From Candidatus Saccharimonadota bacterium (GTDB lineage Bacteria; Patescibacteriota; Gracilibacteria; UBA4473), in assembly GCA_965228485.1 (NCBI GenBank), contig OZ245819.1, positions 1,263,316 through 1,295,315 of the forward strand: 32,000 nt of DNA, read 5' to 3'. The notes under the pieces were generated by a model, which saw nothing but the letters and a program-made list of their open reading frames with translations, was not told where the DNA came from and made no database searches. The translations under genes were made by a program, and so were the position numbers. How positions within the stretch are numbered: the first letter of the stretch is position 1; the number at the start of each line of letters is the position of its first letter. Below, in pieces: positions 16,515 through 25,789 of this stretch.

Positions 16515-17495
16515 ATGAAAAAGAAAGTTTTAGTTACCGGGGGGGCTGGGTTTATTGGCTCAAATTTTTGTAATATCAATCGAGATAAATATGAAATTGT
16601 AGCCTTGGATAACCTTTTTCTTGGAAGTCCTGAGAATTTGAATTCAGGTATTACTTTTGTAGAAGGTGATGCTTGTAAAACTTCAGATTTAGAAAAATGT
16701 GGAAGTGAGTTTGATGTAGTTCTTCATTTTGCGGGGACAAGTTCGGCTCCGATGTTCATGGATGATGGTTTTGCGGATGGCTATGTTAATTCAGTAGAAA
16801 GTTTTGTTCGAACTATTGAGTTTGCACGAAAGGCTGGAGCTAAAAAATTTCTTTATGCTTCGACGTCATCTTTGTATGGAAACAATCCAATGCCACTTGT
16901 GGAAACTCAGAATGTAAAACCACTAAACCATTATGCAGCAACAAAGTTTTGCTATGAACATTGTGCAGAATGTTATAACCGAGTATATCCTGAGATGGAT
17001 ATTTTTGGGTTTAGATTTATGTCTGTTTATGGTCCAAACGAGGAATCAAAAGGGCAGTTTGCAAATATGATTTCTCAGTTTTTATGGGATATAGCTCGAG
17101 AGTTGCCACCGGTGATTTATGGAGATGGGCAGCAGTTTAGAGATTTTACTAATGTTTCAGATATTGTTCAGGCATTAACATTAGCTTCGGAAACTCCAGA
17201 CGGTTTTGGGAATAAAGTTTATAACATTGGAAGAGGAGATTCGACGTCTTTTAATGATATTTTTGATACTATTAATCAAGCTCTGGGGAAATCTGTAGAA
17301 CCAATTTACATTCCTAACCCAGTGAAGGAAGGTTACGTAAAAGGGCAACATGCTGATATTTCGCTTATTAAGGAGGAGCTCGGCTATGTTCCTGTTGTGG
17401 AGCTTGCAGAAGGAATTGAAGATTTAGTTGAGAATCTGGATATGAATAAAATTAAAGAAACGAGTAGTGATTTAATTCGAGATAAATATGCATAA
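16515..17495 (+). CDS. NAD-dependent epimerase/dehydratase (UDP-sugar epimerase-like SDR)
   Basis: Rossmann motif VLVTGGAGFIGSNF and the catalytic YAATK (YxxxK). 326 aa. Confidence 0.88.
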   Translation: MKKKVLVTGGAGFIGSNFCNINRDKYEIVALDNLFLGSPENLNSGITFVEGDACKTSDLEKCGSEFDVVLHFAGTSSAPMFMDDGFADGYVNSVESFVRTIEFARKAGAKKFLYASTSSLYGNNPMPLVETQNVKPLNHYAATKFCYEHCAECYNRVYPEMDIFGFRFMSVYGPNEESKGQFANMISQFLWDIARELPPVIYGDGQQFRDFTNVSDIVQALTLASETPDGFGNKVYNIGRGDSTSFNDIFDTINQALGKSVEPIYIPNPVKEGYVKGQHADISLIKEELGYVPVVELAEGIEDLVENLDMNKIKETSSDLIRDKYA

Positions 17496-18603
17496 AAAAT
17501 TAGGAATTCTTGGTGGTGGACAGTTAGGGAGAATGATGATTGCTCCTTGTATTGACTTGGGAGTTGAAGTGTATTTTTTAGATCCGAATTCTCAGTGTAG
17601 TGTGAGTGAGTTTACCAATCATCTAACGGTAGGGGATTTTAAAGATTACGATACGGTTCTTGCTTTTGGGCGTATGGTTGATGTTTTGACCGTTGAGATT
17701 GAACATGTAAATGTAGAGGCTCTTGAACAGCTTGAATCAGAAGGGAAATCGGTCTATCCATCAAGTAAAGTGCTTCGAACTATTCAAGATAAGGGTCTAC
17801 AAAAGCAGTTTTATAAAGATAACCATATTCCTACATCTGATTTTGAGTGTGTGGAAAATACGGCGGCTATTACAAATTTTCCGATTGTTCAGAAAACTCG
17901 AATGGGAGGATATGATGGACAAGGAGTACAGGTTTTGAAGTCTTCGGAAGATTTACCCAAGGCTTTTGAAGTGCCCTCTGTACTGGAATCTTTGGTAGAC
18001 ATTGAAAAAGAGATTGGTGTTATGGTAGTTCGAAATACTGAAGGAGTTATTCAGGTTTTTCCGCCTGTAGAAATGATTTTTTGCCCAGAATTGAATCTTG
18101 TTAAGTATGTGGCTTGTCCATCAGAACTGGATAGTTTTGAGAGTAAAAAATTTGTTCAACTAGCTAAGGAGGTGGCTGAAAAAATTGATCTTGTTGGGAT
18201 TTTAGCCGTTGAATTTTTTCTCACCCCTGAAGGAGATATTCTAGTGAATGAAGTAGCTCCAAGAGTCCATAATTCTGGACATTTAACGATAGAAGGGACC
18301 ACGACTTCACAATTTGAAATACATGTACGAGCGGTTATGGGACTACCGCTCCCTGAAGTTTCTATTACAAAACCAAGTATTATGGTTAATCTTGTTGGTG
18401 AGTCAGATCATTTTGGGGAGGCTCAATTAAAAGGAGAAGATGAAATCCTGTCTTTACCAGGAGTTTATCTTCATTGGTATGGGAAAAAAGAAACACGTCC
18501 AGGACGAAAAATGGGGCATGTGACTATTGTGAGAACTTCTATAGCTGAAGCGAGAGCTATCGCTGACAAAGTTTTGGAAACACTGAAAGTGGTTTCTAAG
18601 TAG
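17488..18603 (+). CDS. purK: N5-carboxyaminoimidazole ribonucleotide synthase
   Basis: LGILGGGQLGRMM, an ATP-grasp core, NEVAPRVHNSGH, and HWYGKKETRPGRKMGHVT. It overlaps the epimerase gene by 8 nt (ATGCATAA). Confidence 0.93.
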   Translation: MHKKLGILGGGQLGRMMIAPCIDLGVEVYFLDPNSQCSVSEFTNHLTVGDFKDYDTVLAFGRMVDVLTVEIEHVNVEALEQLESEGKSVYPSSKVLRTIQDKGLQKQFYKDNHIPTSDFECVENTAAITNFPIVQKTRMGGYDGQGVQVLKSSEDLPKAFEVPSVLESLVDIEKEIGVMVVRNTEGVIQVFPPVEMIFCPELNLVKYVACPSELDSFESKKFVQLAKEVAEKIDLVGILAVEFFLTPEGDILVNEVAPRVHNSGHLTIEGTTTSQFEIHVRAVMGLPLPEVSITKPSIMVNLVGESDHFGEAQLKGEDEILSLPGVYLHWYGKKETRPGRKMGHVTIVRTSIAEARAIADKVLETLKVVSK

Positions 18604-18659
18604 TATTTTTGATTTATCTGTTTTTCTGGTGTAGAAGTAGAGTACTTAAATAAAATTAC

Positions 18660-19145
18660 ATGGCACAAGTTGGGATCATTATGGGAAGTACATCAGATTT
18701 ACCAGTGATGAACGAAGCGGCAGATATTTTAAAAGAATTGGGAGTTGATTTTGAGATAGAGATCGTTTCTGCTCATAGAACTCCAGATCGAATGGCTGAA
18801 TACGGGAAAACAGCAAAAGAACGTGGTCTTAAGGTCATTATCGCTGGAGCTGGTGGAGCGGCTCACTTACCTGGAATGACAGCGTCTTTTACAACGCTCC
18901 CAGTAATTGGGGTACCGGTTAAATCTCATAATTCTATTCAGGGGATTGATTCTCTACTTTCTATCGTTCAGATGCCAGGAGGGGTTCCAGTCGCTACAGT
19001 CGCTATTAATGGAGCTAAAAATGCAGGAATACTAGCGGCTCAGATTGTGGGTAATACCGATGAGAATGTTTCTCATCGTTTGTCTGAATATAAGAAAACA
19101 ATGGAAGAAAAGGTCCTAAATGATGCCAGAGAAAAGCTTGGATAA
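18660..19145 (+). CDS. purE: N5-carboxyaminoimidazole ribonucleotide mutase
   Basis: [22 protein letters not shown] and [12 protein letters not shown]. 161 aa, class I PurE pattern. Confidence 0.95.
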   Translation: MAQVGIIMGSTSDLPVMNEAADILKELGVDFEIEIVSAHRTPDRMAEYGKTAKERGLKVIIAGAGGAAHLPGMTASFTTLPVIGVPVKSHNSIQGIDSLLSIVQMPGGVPVATVAINGAKNAGILAAQIVGNTDENVSHRLSEYKKTMEEKVLNDAREKLG

Positions 19146-19151
19146 AAAAAT

Positions 19152-19179
19152 TTGACGCCATTAGATTTTGACTTAAAAT
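19152..19179 (+). promoter_or_regulatory. Putative promoter of tRNA-Asp (TTGACG-16 nt-TAAAAT)
   Basis: TTGACG at 19152-19157, a 16-nt spacer, TAAAAT at 19174-19179, then 14 nt to the mature tRNA 5' end. Confidence 0.45.
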
Positions 19180-19193
19180 CTCTTGGCTCTTGG

Positions 19194-19270
19194 GGGATCG
19201 TAGCTCAATTGGTTAGAGCACCTGCCTGTCACGCAGGAGGCTGCGGGTTCGAGTCCCGTCGGTCCCGCCA
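19194..19270 (+). tRNA. tRNA-Asp (anticodon GUC), CCA encoded
   Basis: Hand-folded cloverleaf. Acceptor stem GGGATCG/CGGTCCC (one G-U pair). D stem GCTC/GAGC. Anticodon stem CCTGC/GCAGG with loop CTGTCAC. Variable loop AGGCT. T stem GCGGG/CCCGT with loop TTCGAGT. Discriminator G followed by CCA. 77 nt. Confidence 0.93.
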
Positions 19271-19279
19271 GTAAAATAA

Positions 19280-19306
19280 TTTCAGCTTTGTGCTGGAATT
19301 TTTTTT
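19280..19306 (+). terminator. Rho-independent terminator after tRNA-Asp
   Basis: Stem TTTCAGC (19280-19286) / GCTGGAA (19292-19298) with one G-U pair and loop tttgt, followed by T8 (19299-19306). Confidence 0.5.
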
Positions 19307-19329
19307 ATTACCTATGTTAATCTGATCCT

Positions 19330-19998
19330 ATGAAATTGTTTCAAATTGTAGAAGGTATTCATGATCAGTATGAAGATGAAAACGAATTGAAAGTTCTACC
19401 TCAACATACTGGATCTGTAATATTAGCACATGGTTCTTTTGGAAAAGTGCTTTTTGATACGGGAAGTCGAGGTGCTTGGCCTAAGGTAAAAAAGGTTTTA
19501 GCGGAAAAGGGTGTTATGCCCGAAGATATTGATTTTGTATTTTTAACTCATCTGCATTTAGATCATAGTTTTAATGTAGCCCGCTTTCCTAATGCAAGAG
19601 TGTTTTGTTGGGCTCATGAGTGGAAAAGTTCTGGAACTTATGAGTTGGTTTTTGATATTGATAAGCAAGCTATTCCAGAGATTTTAACGGGAATCACAGC
19701 GATAAGAACACCGGGGCATGATGAGTGCATGAATTCATATTTTATTGAGGGGGCAGTATCTTTGAATTTTTTGAATGGAGAGGAGGTTTATCTAGCAAAT
19801 AAAAAATTATGTATTAGCGGGGATGCTATTAATCCAGCAGTAATTGATTCAAAAGGTAGTAGATTGCCTTATTTTTATGATGAAAAATTGTATAAAAAAA
19901 GTGTTCAAAAGATATTGGGCTGTAATCCAGATTTTATTATCCCAGGTCATGGACCATTAATTTCAAAACCAGTTGAAGGCTGGTCTGAAATTCTCTAA
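19330..19998 (+). CDS. MBL-fold metallo-hydrolase
   Basis: THLHLDH (HxHxDH), TPGH, SGD and PGHG motifs in the canonical order. 222 aa. Confidence 0.85.
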   Translation: MKLFQIVEGIHDQYEDENELKVLPQHTGSVILAHGSFGKVLFDTGSRGAWPKVKKVLAEKGVMPEDIDFVFLTHLHLDHSFNVARFPNARVFCWAHEWKSSGTYELVFDIDKQAIPEILTGITAIRTPGHDECMNSYFIEGAVSLNFLNGEEVYLANKKLCISGDAINPAVIDSKGSRLPYFYDEKLYKKSVQKILGCNPDFIIPGHGPLISKPVEGWSEIL

Positions 19999-20005
19999 AA
20001 TTTTT

Positions 20006-20203
20006 ATGATGAAACTTTTTGATAAAAAACTCAGCTCAAAAGCTTTTGGTGGATTTGTTCTTTTCTTTCTTGGATTATATTTTTGGTTAAAGAATTATTT
20101 TCCAGATTGGAGTTTTTGGAATTTTGTTAATATGGAGCAAAATTGGCCTTTAATTCTAATTATTATAGGCTCTTATCTGCTTTTAGATTATTACAATCGA
20201 TAA
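20006..20203 (+). CDS. Small two-helix membrane protein (LiaF-N/DUF5668-like flavour)
   Basis: ATG 20006 is preferred over TTG 19973, which overlaps the MBL gene. Two hydrophobic helices are present (FGGFVLFFLGLYFWL and WPLILIIIGSYLLL). The family assignment is from memory only. Confidence 0.45.
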   Translation: MMKLFDKKLSSKAFGGFVLFFLGLYFWLKNYFPDWSFWNFVNMEQNWPLILIIIGSYLLLDYYNR

Positions 20204-20215
20204 ATTCGGTAATTC

Positions 20216-21052
20216 TTATATTTTTTTGAGTGCTAGGGTGGCAGCCCCATCAGCTCCAGCGTTTTTTAATTTTGAAAAAGCTAAGTCTAGGCTTACTGGA
20301 TATTTTTCTAATTTCTGGTTTGTTCTTTTTATTATCTGTTCTTCAAAGTGCGACCAAAAATGCTTACCTGCTCCGCCACCAATAACTATTTTTTTAGGAT
20401 CGAAGGCGAGCACAATATAACTTAGCCAATCAGTCATAATTTCTAGCTTTGGTTCAATTTTTTTTATAATTTCAGGGTCATTAGTATGATCATCAATAAG
20501 TGACAGCTGATCTACGCCTAGTAGTTTTTGTAGTCCTGGGCCAGCGAGGTGTTCTTCTACTTCTGAACCATGAATTTGGATATGACCAATTTCTCCAGCT
20601 GATCCGTGAGATCCACCAAAGGGTTCTTCGTTTATAATAATTCCTGTCCCAACACCAGTGCCGATTATAATCCCAATAAGTACATCACTTTCAGGGAAAG
20701 ATTTTTTTTGTTGAGCAAGAGCAAAGCATCGTGCATCATTTTCTAAAAAAGTAGGTATATTTGTTTCGTTTTTCAGGAATTGGGTTATGCCAAAATTGTT
20801 TAGAGCAGGAATATTTGGAGCCTTTAAGATAATTCCATTCTTACTATCTACAAAACCAGCCCAAGAAACCCCAATTGCTTTTGTGTCATTGTTTCTTACC
20901 TGATCGATAGCGGAAAGAATATTTTTACAAACGTTTTTTTGATCACTCTTTGCTTCGGTTGGAACTTTGATTTCTGCTTCAATTTGCAGCTGTTTATTAT
21001 AGCGAGCTGCATATATTTTTGTGCCGCCAATATCTAGTGCTATGACGTTCAT
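20216..21052 (-). CDS. ROK family sugar kinase (glucokinase-like)
   Basis: ALDIGGTKI, IIIGTGVGTGII and GSAGEIGH. The start overlaps the GH15 stop (ATGA). Confidence 0.88.
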   Translation of the reverse strand: MNVIALDIGGTKIYAARYNKQLQIEAEIKVPTEAKSDQKNVCKNILSAIDQVRNNDTKAIGVSWAGFVDSKNGIILKAPNIPALNNFGITQFLKNETNIPTFLENDARCFALAQQKKSFPESDVLIGIIIGTGVGTGIIINEEPFGGSHGSAGEIGHIQIHGSEVEEHLAGPGLQKLLGVDQLSLIDDHTNDPEIIKKIEPKLEIMTDWLSYIVLAFDPKKIVIGGGAGKHFWSHFEEQIIKRTNQKLEKYPVSLDLAFSKLKNAGADGAATLALKKI

Positions 21053-23031
21053 TTTTTGTTTTTTAATGCTTCATACTTATGTTTGTATCTTAGAACGGTG
21101 TCTACAAAGGTCGCATGACTCCAGGTGAGTGGTGCTACGGACAAGGGATCTCCATTAAATGGATTGAGCTGTTCAGGAAGAATTTGGGCGTTATTGGTTT
21201 TGGTTACTACCCATTCAATAATATCTCGTGCTTGGTGTAGTTGTTTTGTTGATTTTGCCTGTGAAAGTTTCCAATTAGCGAGCCATAAAGTCGTAATAAT
21301 CCAAGGATTTCCAGGAATCTCTGCTGAGTAGTTTTGACTCCAGTCTCGATGATAAAAGTCGCCTTCATATCGGGCGATTCCGCCAACTTCAGTATGAACC
21401 CATAATTTTTCTTCAATGGCTTTCATGGTGTTTTTTAGTCTGGGGTCATCGTCTTCCAATACACCCATTTCCCAGAGGAAATAAAGACTAGAATCTACGG
21501 TTGGATCTAGATGAAACTCTCCATTTTCCATGAAGCCTTTCTTTACGAATCGTTCTGATTTTTCACAATATAAATGCTTGAGAATAGCCTTTCTTACTTT
21601 TTTGGCAGCATCTCTGAAAACGACTTCATCTTCGTAATGTCCAGTAACTTTAGAAAGGTTTTCCGCGGCCTTTAATCCTCCATAAACGGTGGCACAGGTA
21701 TAAGTAAAAATTCCATATTGTTCTTCCCAAAGATCGTAACTTGGTTTTGGTAGTCCAGTTTCTTCATTTATGTACTTAATAAGGAATTTACCAACTTTTA
21801 ATACCATTGGATTGAAAAGGCGTTGCACAACTTCAATTGATTTGGATTCTTCATAGAGTTTCCATAGAGCTACTAGCAGAAGGGCTGACTCATCTTCTTG
21901 TATTGGGATTTGTGGTTTTCCATCTTTAAATTTCGGATGCCAGGAAGAGCCCAAAGAACCTTCTGGAGTAAATTTATGTAGTACATAACCTTCTGGAGTA
22001 ATAACTTTCTGACAAAAGTTTAGAAACCTTTTAACGGGTTCAAAGTACCCTGCTTGAGATAAAGCATTACAGATTAAGGCTCCGTCTCGAGGCCACATAT
22101 AGCTGTAGGTGTCTTTGTTGAACTTCATAATATCAGAATCGGTAGAAGCAATAATAGCTCCTCGATTATCAATTTGAGATCGCACTAATAGTAAGCTCTG
22201 ATACCATAGATTTCGTGCATTTTTTGGAATGCCGTTGAGTTTGATTTGATGTTTTTTAGACCATTCTTTCCAGTATCCAAAAGAATGTTGATAGACTTTT
22301 TCTGGGCCTAGGTTTTCTACTCGACGGTTATTTTTAAGGATATCACCATAGTTGAGTCCTGCGGCTACCCACATGAAGAGTGTTCGAGGCTTATTCGGCT
22401 TGATTCTTTGGTGGAAGGCAACGGTTGAATCTACAGAACCTTGCTCGATGGGGTGTTCATGTAGTTCTCCATCTTCAGCATCTCTCCAGGTTCCTTCTCG
22501 ATCTTTATAGTTGGATTTTCCGGTTGTAAATTGGGTCATTCCTTCATTTGAATGATCCCAACGTCCATTAATGAGGAAATATCGTTTTTTTCTATAGTGT
22601 AAGACTCCATTTAACGCTGGCTCATAGAGAGAGGTATCTTCCATTTTATCTCCATAAATATAGAAGTCATGACTAAAAAATAGTCTAAACTCTCGTTCGT
22701 GTTCTGCGAGATTAGAAATTTTAATTTTTCTCACCAAAATATCATGGGTGGTGTAAATAAAATCTTCAAAAAGTAGCTCTACTTGAAGGTGATCATTTTT
22801 AGCTGTTGAGTAGCCAACGAGAGATCCTTGGTGATATCTAACGCTTATATTCCAAGAATCATCATTAAGCCAGCTAAATTGACCATCAACCCAGAGTCCA
22901 ATTCGATGGGCTTTTCCATAGGCAGAGTGATTTTCTTGCCCAATGTAAGGATAGAAAAAATCACGCATTTGTAGATATTCATCGAAGCTTGCGAGAAGAT
23001 TTCCGTTAGACACAATCAATGATTGGGGCAT
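21049..23031 (-). CDS. Glycoside hydrolase family 15 (glucoamylase/glucodextranase-like)
   Basis: SYMWPRDGA, and LPEQLNPFNGDPLSVAPLTWSHA near the C-terminus. At 660 aa it includes the N-terminal domain typical of prokaryotic GH15 enzymes. Confidence 0.85.
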   Translation of the reverse strand: MPQSLIVSNGNLLASFDEYLQMRDFFYPYIGQENHSAYGKAHRIGLWVDGQFSWLNDDSWNISVRYHQGSLVGYSTAKNDHLQVELLFEDFIYTTHDILVRKIKISNLAEHEREFRLFFSHDFYIYGDKMEDTSLYEPALNGVLHYRKKRYFLINGRWDHSNEGMTQFTTGKSNYKDREGTWRDAEDGELHEHPIEQGSVDSTVAFHQRIKPNKPRTLFMWVAAGLNYGDILKNNRRVENLGPEKVYQHSFGYWKEWSKKHQIKLNGIPKNARNLWYQSLLLVRSQIDNRGAIIASTDSDIMKFNKDTYSYMWPRDGALICNALSQAGYFEPVKRFLNFCQKVITPEGYVLHKFTPEGSLGSSWHPKFKDGKPQIPIQEDESALLLVALWKLYEESKSIEVVQRLFNPMVLKVGKFLIKYINEETGLPKPSYDLWEEQYGIFTYTCATVYGGLKAAENLSKVTGHYEDEVVFRDAAKKVRKAILKHLYCEKSERFVKKGFMENGEFHLDPTVDSSLYFLWEMGVLEDDDPRLKNTMKAIEEKLWVHTEVGGIARYEGDFYHRDWSQNYSAEIPGNPWIITTLWLANWKLSQAKSTKQLHQARDIIEWVVTKTNNAQILPEQLNPFNGDPLSVAPLTWSHATFVDTVLRYKHKYEALKNKK

Positions 23032-23061
23032 GAATTAGGTTTTAAACTTGAGTTAAGCCTT

Positions 23062-23070
23062 ATTATACCA
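23062..23070 (-). promoter_or_regulatory. Extended -10 element (TGgTATAAT) internal to the glucan operon, upstream of the GH15 gene
   Basis: The complement of 23062-23070 reads TGGTATAAT, 30 nt upstream of the ATG at 23031, in the 74-nt GH57/GH15 spacer. Confidence 0.35.
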
Positions 23071-23105
23071 GAGTTTCAATTATTTGAGAAGGAATACTTT
23101 TTTAT

Positions 23106-24386
23106 TTAGTAGCCCAATAATTCAATTCGCCATTCTAAATGATGAAGAGTGTTCATGAAGTTGATGTAAGCATCATAAGGGCTGTCGTAAGGAGAAAAGT
23201 AGGTATGGACATCTCCATCAGCCCAGAACTTAGTAGACATGTAGTAAAGATGGTCAGAGGTTTGAAGTCGACGGAAGTCATTCCATATTTCTATAACCTT
23301 TGCATTTTCATTGTTTTGTAGCGGGAAAAGTCGTGCCTCTATTCTTTGTATTTCGTGAAAAGCATTTCGTTGCATATCATTTTCAAGCCAAGCAGAAATA
23401 TCTCTCTCTTCATCAGCCCAGGAGATGAACTCTACCGCTTTATAATGAGATTGTGCTTCGTAATCTTTAATGGTTTGAGATGGAGTTTTGAAGGTTATCC
23501 CTCGATCTTGACAAGCTCTTGGTAGGTGCCTTAAGAATTCAAAGATTCCAGTATCTTCCCATTGATGTTCTCCAAAGGTTTCAAAGTCCATAAAGAGATT
23601 GATAGTGTCCCCTGGACAATCTTGTACCCATTCAGCAAAAGTATCGGCGGTCAGAGGTTTTTCTGAGCGGGTAGTTTGACTGAATCTAAAGGCAATATCA
23701 TCTGATAGTTGATAGTTTTTTGTGAGGACTTTTATGTGTTCCTTTGGAGGTGTTTTATCAACACTAAATTGTTGCGTGAGTTCGTAATCTTCAGTAGGTA
23801 ATTCTATTGAGTGGTTGAATCGGATGATATTTGGATTGTCTTCTGGGAGAGCTGTAGCCCATCCTTCAGCAATAATTCCTTTATACCCCAAAAGTCTTAT
23901 GAACTCTCCCAAATCATCACGATAGATGAGTTCCGTATTTCGAAAAACTTCTGGTTTTTGATCAAAATGCTCGATCATTTTTTCTCTCTGCATTTCAATC
24001 TGTTTGACGAATTCTAGTTTAGAATAGAGAAAAGAGAGTGAATGGTAATAAGTTTCTGCGAGAAATTCAGCTTTTCCTGTTTTTGCCAGAGCCTTGAAGT
24101 TTTCTAAGACCTGTGTTCCTGGATCAGTAAATTTTTCACACTGTTCTACAAAAACTCCAGAGAGAGAAAAGCTACAATGAAAATCAGGGTATTCTTCAGC
24201 TAGTTCTTTTAGGAGTTGGGTTGTTGGTAGGTAGCATTTATGGCTTACTTTAGCGAAAATCTCTTCATTGCTTTGAGGGATAACTCCCTTAAAATAAGCA
24301 TGATCTCCAGGTTGATATCGGAGTAGATGCGGACGAATTCTGAAGGGTTGATGTACCTGAAAGTAAAAACAAATTGATTGAGCCAT
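23106..24386 (-). CDS. Glycoside hydrolase family 57 protein (short, alpha-amylase-like form)
   Basis: FYFQVHQPFR (HQP region), ETYYHSLSFL and MDFETFGEHQWE resemble GH57 conserved regions. 426 aa. Confidence 0.72.
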   Translation of the reverse strand: MAQSICFYFQVHQPFRIRPHLLRYQPGDHAYFKGVIPQSNEEIFAKVSHKCYLPTTQLLKELAEEYPDFHCSFSLSGVFVEQCEKFTDPGTQVLENFKALAKTGKAEFLAETYYHSLSFLYSKLEFVKQIEMQREKMIEHFDQKPEVFRNTELIYRDDLGEFIRLLGYKGIIAEGWATALPEDNPNIIRFNHSIELPTEDYELTQQFSVDKTPPKEHIKVLTKNYQLSDDIAFRFSQTTRSEKPLTADTFAEWVQDCPGDTINLFMDFETFGEHQWEDTGIFEFLRHLPRACQDRGITFKTPSQTIKDYEAQSHYKAVEFISWADEERDISAWLENDMQRNAFHEIQRIEARLFPLQNNENAKVIEIWNDFRRLQTSDHLYYMSTKFWADGDVHTYFSPYDSPYDAYINFMNTLHHLEWRIELLGY

Positions 24387-24388
24387 GG

Positions 24389-25666
24389 TTAAAAATTTTC
24401 ATAAAGTTCTATCATTCGAGCGGCTTGAGTTTCCCAGGTAAGCCGCGCTCGATGTTGCATTGCTTTTTCCCGGAGTGTTCTTCGAAGTTCTGGATATCTC
24501 TGCAGGGCTAATGTGTATTCAGCCATTTTTTCACTATCCCAAAAATCTACTTCTAGCTTATGCCCGATTATTTCATTTGCACCACAATTTTTTGAAATGA
24601 TTAATGGTGTACAGTTATCAATTACTTCAATGGCGGTTAGACCAAACGGTTCAGAAACAGAAGGAATAATGCAAGCGTCTGCAAGCATGTAGAGGGCATC
24701 TCGCTTTGCAGGAGGCAGGAAACCATGGCAGTGGACATTGTCTTGGATTCCATAGTCGGCAATCATTTTTTTTATTTGAGGCATCATGTCGCCATCTCCG
24801 GCAATATGAAAATGAATTTTTGAATTATGAGGGATAACTTTAGCCGCTGTTTCTACGAAGTACTCAGGTCCTTTTTGTAGAGTTACACGTCCAATAAAAA
24901 GAACCCAAAATTGAGATTTATCTTTTGGAAATTGACGAGCTTTTTCGTATTCAGGGGTTGGTGCTTTTGCTTCGTAAGCGTTGTATACAACTTTTACTTT
25001 TTCAGAGGGAATTCCATAAACGTCCACTAATATTTTTTTTGTATATTGGCTTACGGTAATCACTTGATCGGCAAACTCCATGGCATATTTTTCCCTTTTA
25101 AAAACCTCTCCATCAGGATTTGGGTTTCCTGTTCGATCTACTTCTGTAGCATGAATCTGGATGATATAGGGGAGTCCTCTTTGAAGTTTTAATTGAATAG
25201 CCGCTTCCGCTGTAATCCAGTCATGAGCATGGACGATATCAAATTTATTATCTTTAGTAAGAGCCACAACTTCAGCGGCAAATCGATCAATTTCCTGAAA
25301 AAGATTTTCACCATAAACGGTTAAATTTTTCTTTTTTTGATTTTTGTCTTCTTGTGTATTTAGCGTTTTTTTGAGTTGTTGATAGCTCTGTTGATTGAGA
25401 TATGGAGAGTAGAGGAGAGTATTAACTCCGATAGTTTTTACTGAATTTTCGTAGTGGGTTTGGTCCTTGAAGGTCAAAAGAGGTACTCCAGGGTCAAACT
25501 GAGCAGTAATAATTTCTTGAGTAATAAATTGTGGAAGTACGAGCGTTATGTCTGCTCCCTGAGATACGAGGGCTTGTGCTAAATTTTTAGTTACCACGCC
25601 CAAACCGCCGGAAAAAAGTGGCGGGTATTCCCATCCGAGCATTAGAACTTTTTTCCTTGAGGGCAT
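24389..25666 (-). CDS. Glycosyltransferase (GT4/GT5, glycogen/alpha-glucan synthase-like)
   Basis: N-terminal LFSGGLGVV (the GGLGDV-type motif of glucan synthases) and EPFGLTAIE (E-x7-E). It ends 2 nt before the GH57 start. Confidence 0.8.
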   Translation of the reverse strand: MPSRKKVLMLGWEYPPLFSGGLGVVTKNLAQALVSQGADITLVLPQFITQEIITAQFDPGVPLLTFKDQTHYENSVKTIGVNTLLYSPYLNQQSYQQLKKTLNTQEDKNQKKKNLTVYGENLFQEIDRFAAEVVALTKDNKFDIVHAHDWITAEAAIQLKLQRGLPYIIQIHATEVDRTGNPNPDGEVFKREKYAMEFADQVITVSQYTKKILVDVYGIPSEKVKVVYNAYEAKAPTPEYEKARQFPKDKSQFWVLFIGRVTLQKGPEYFVETAAKVIPHNSKIHFHIAGDGDMMPQIKKMIADYGIQDNVHCHGFLPPAKRDALYMLADACIIPSVSEPFGLTAIEVIDNCTPLIISKNCGANEIIGHKLEVDFWDSEKMAEYTLALQRYPELRRTLREKAMQHRARLTWETQAARMIELYENF

Positions 25667-25789
25667 ATTTTTTTATTTATTTTAAGTCCGTCCTTTATTC
25701 TAATTCAAAGCTTAGCTTAGGTATGCAAAAAAACTATATTTTGACTTCTAATATTTTTAAAATATGGCTTTGTTTTGTTTAACTTGTTT

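Noticed and set aside
19194-20215. tRNA-Asp as an integration site for a genomic island (MBL hydrolase plus small membrane protein downstream)
   Set aside because: No integrase is present, and I found no duplicated tRNA 3' segment downstream. The only partial match noticed is ggtcccgcc at about 9444-9452. It lies upstream inside a gene and its length (9 nt) is within chance expectation. A proper repeat search would still be worthwhile.
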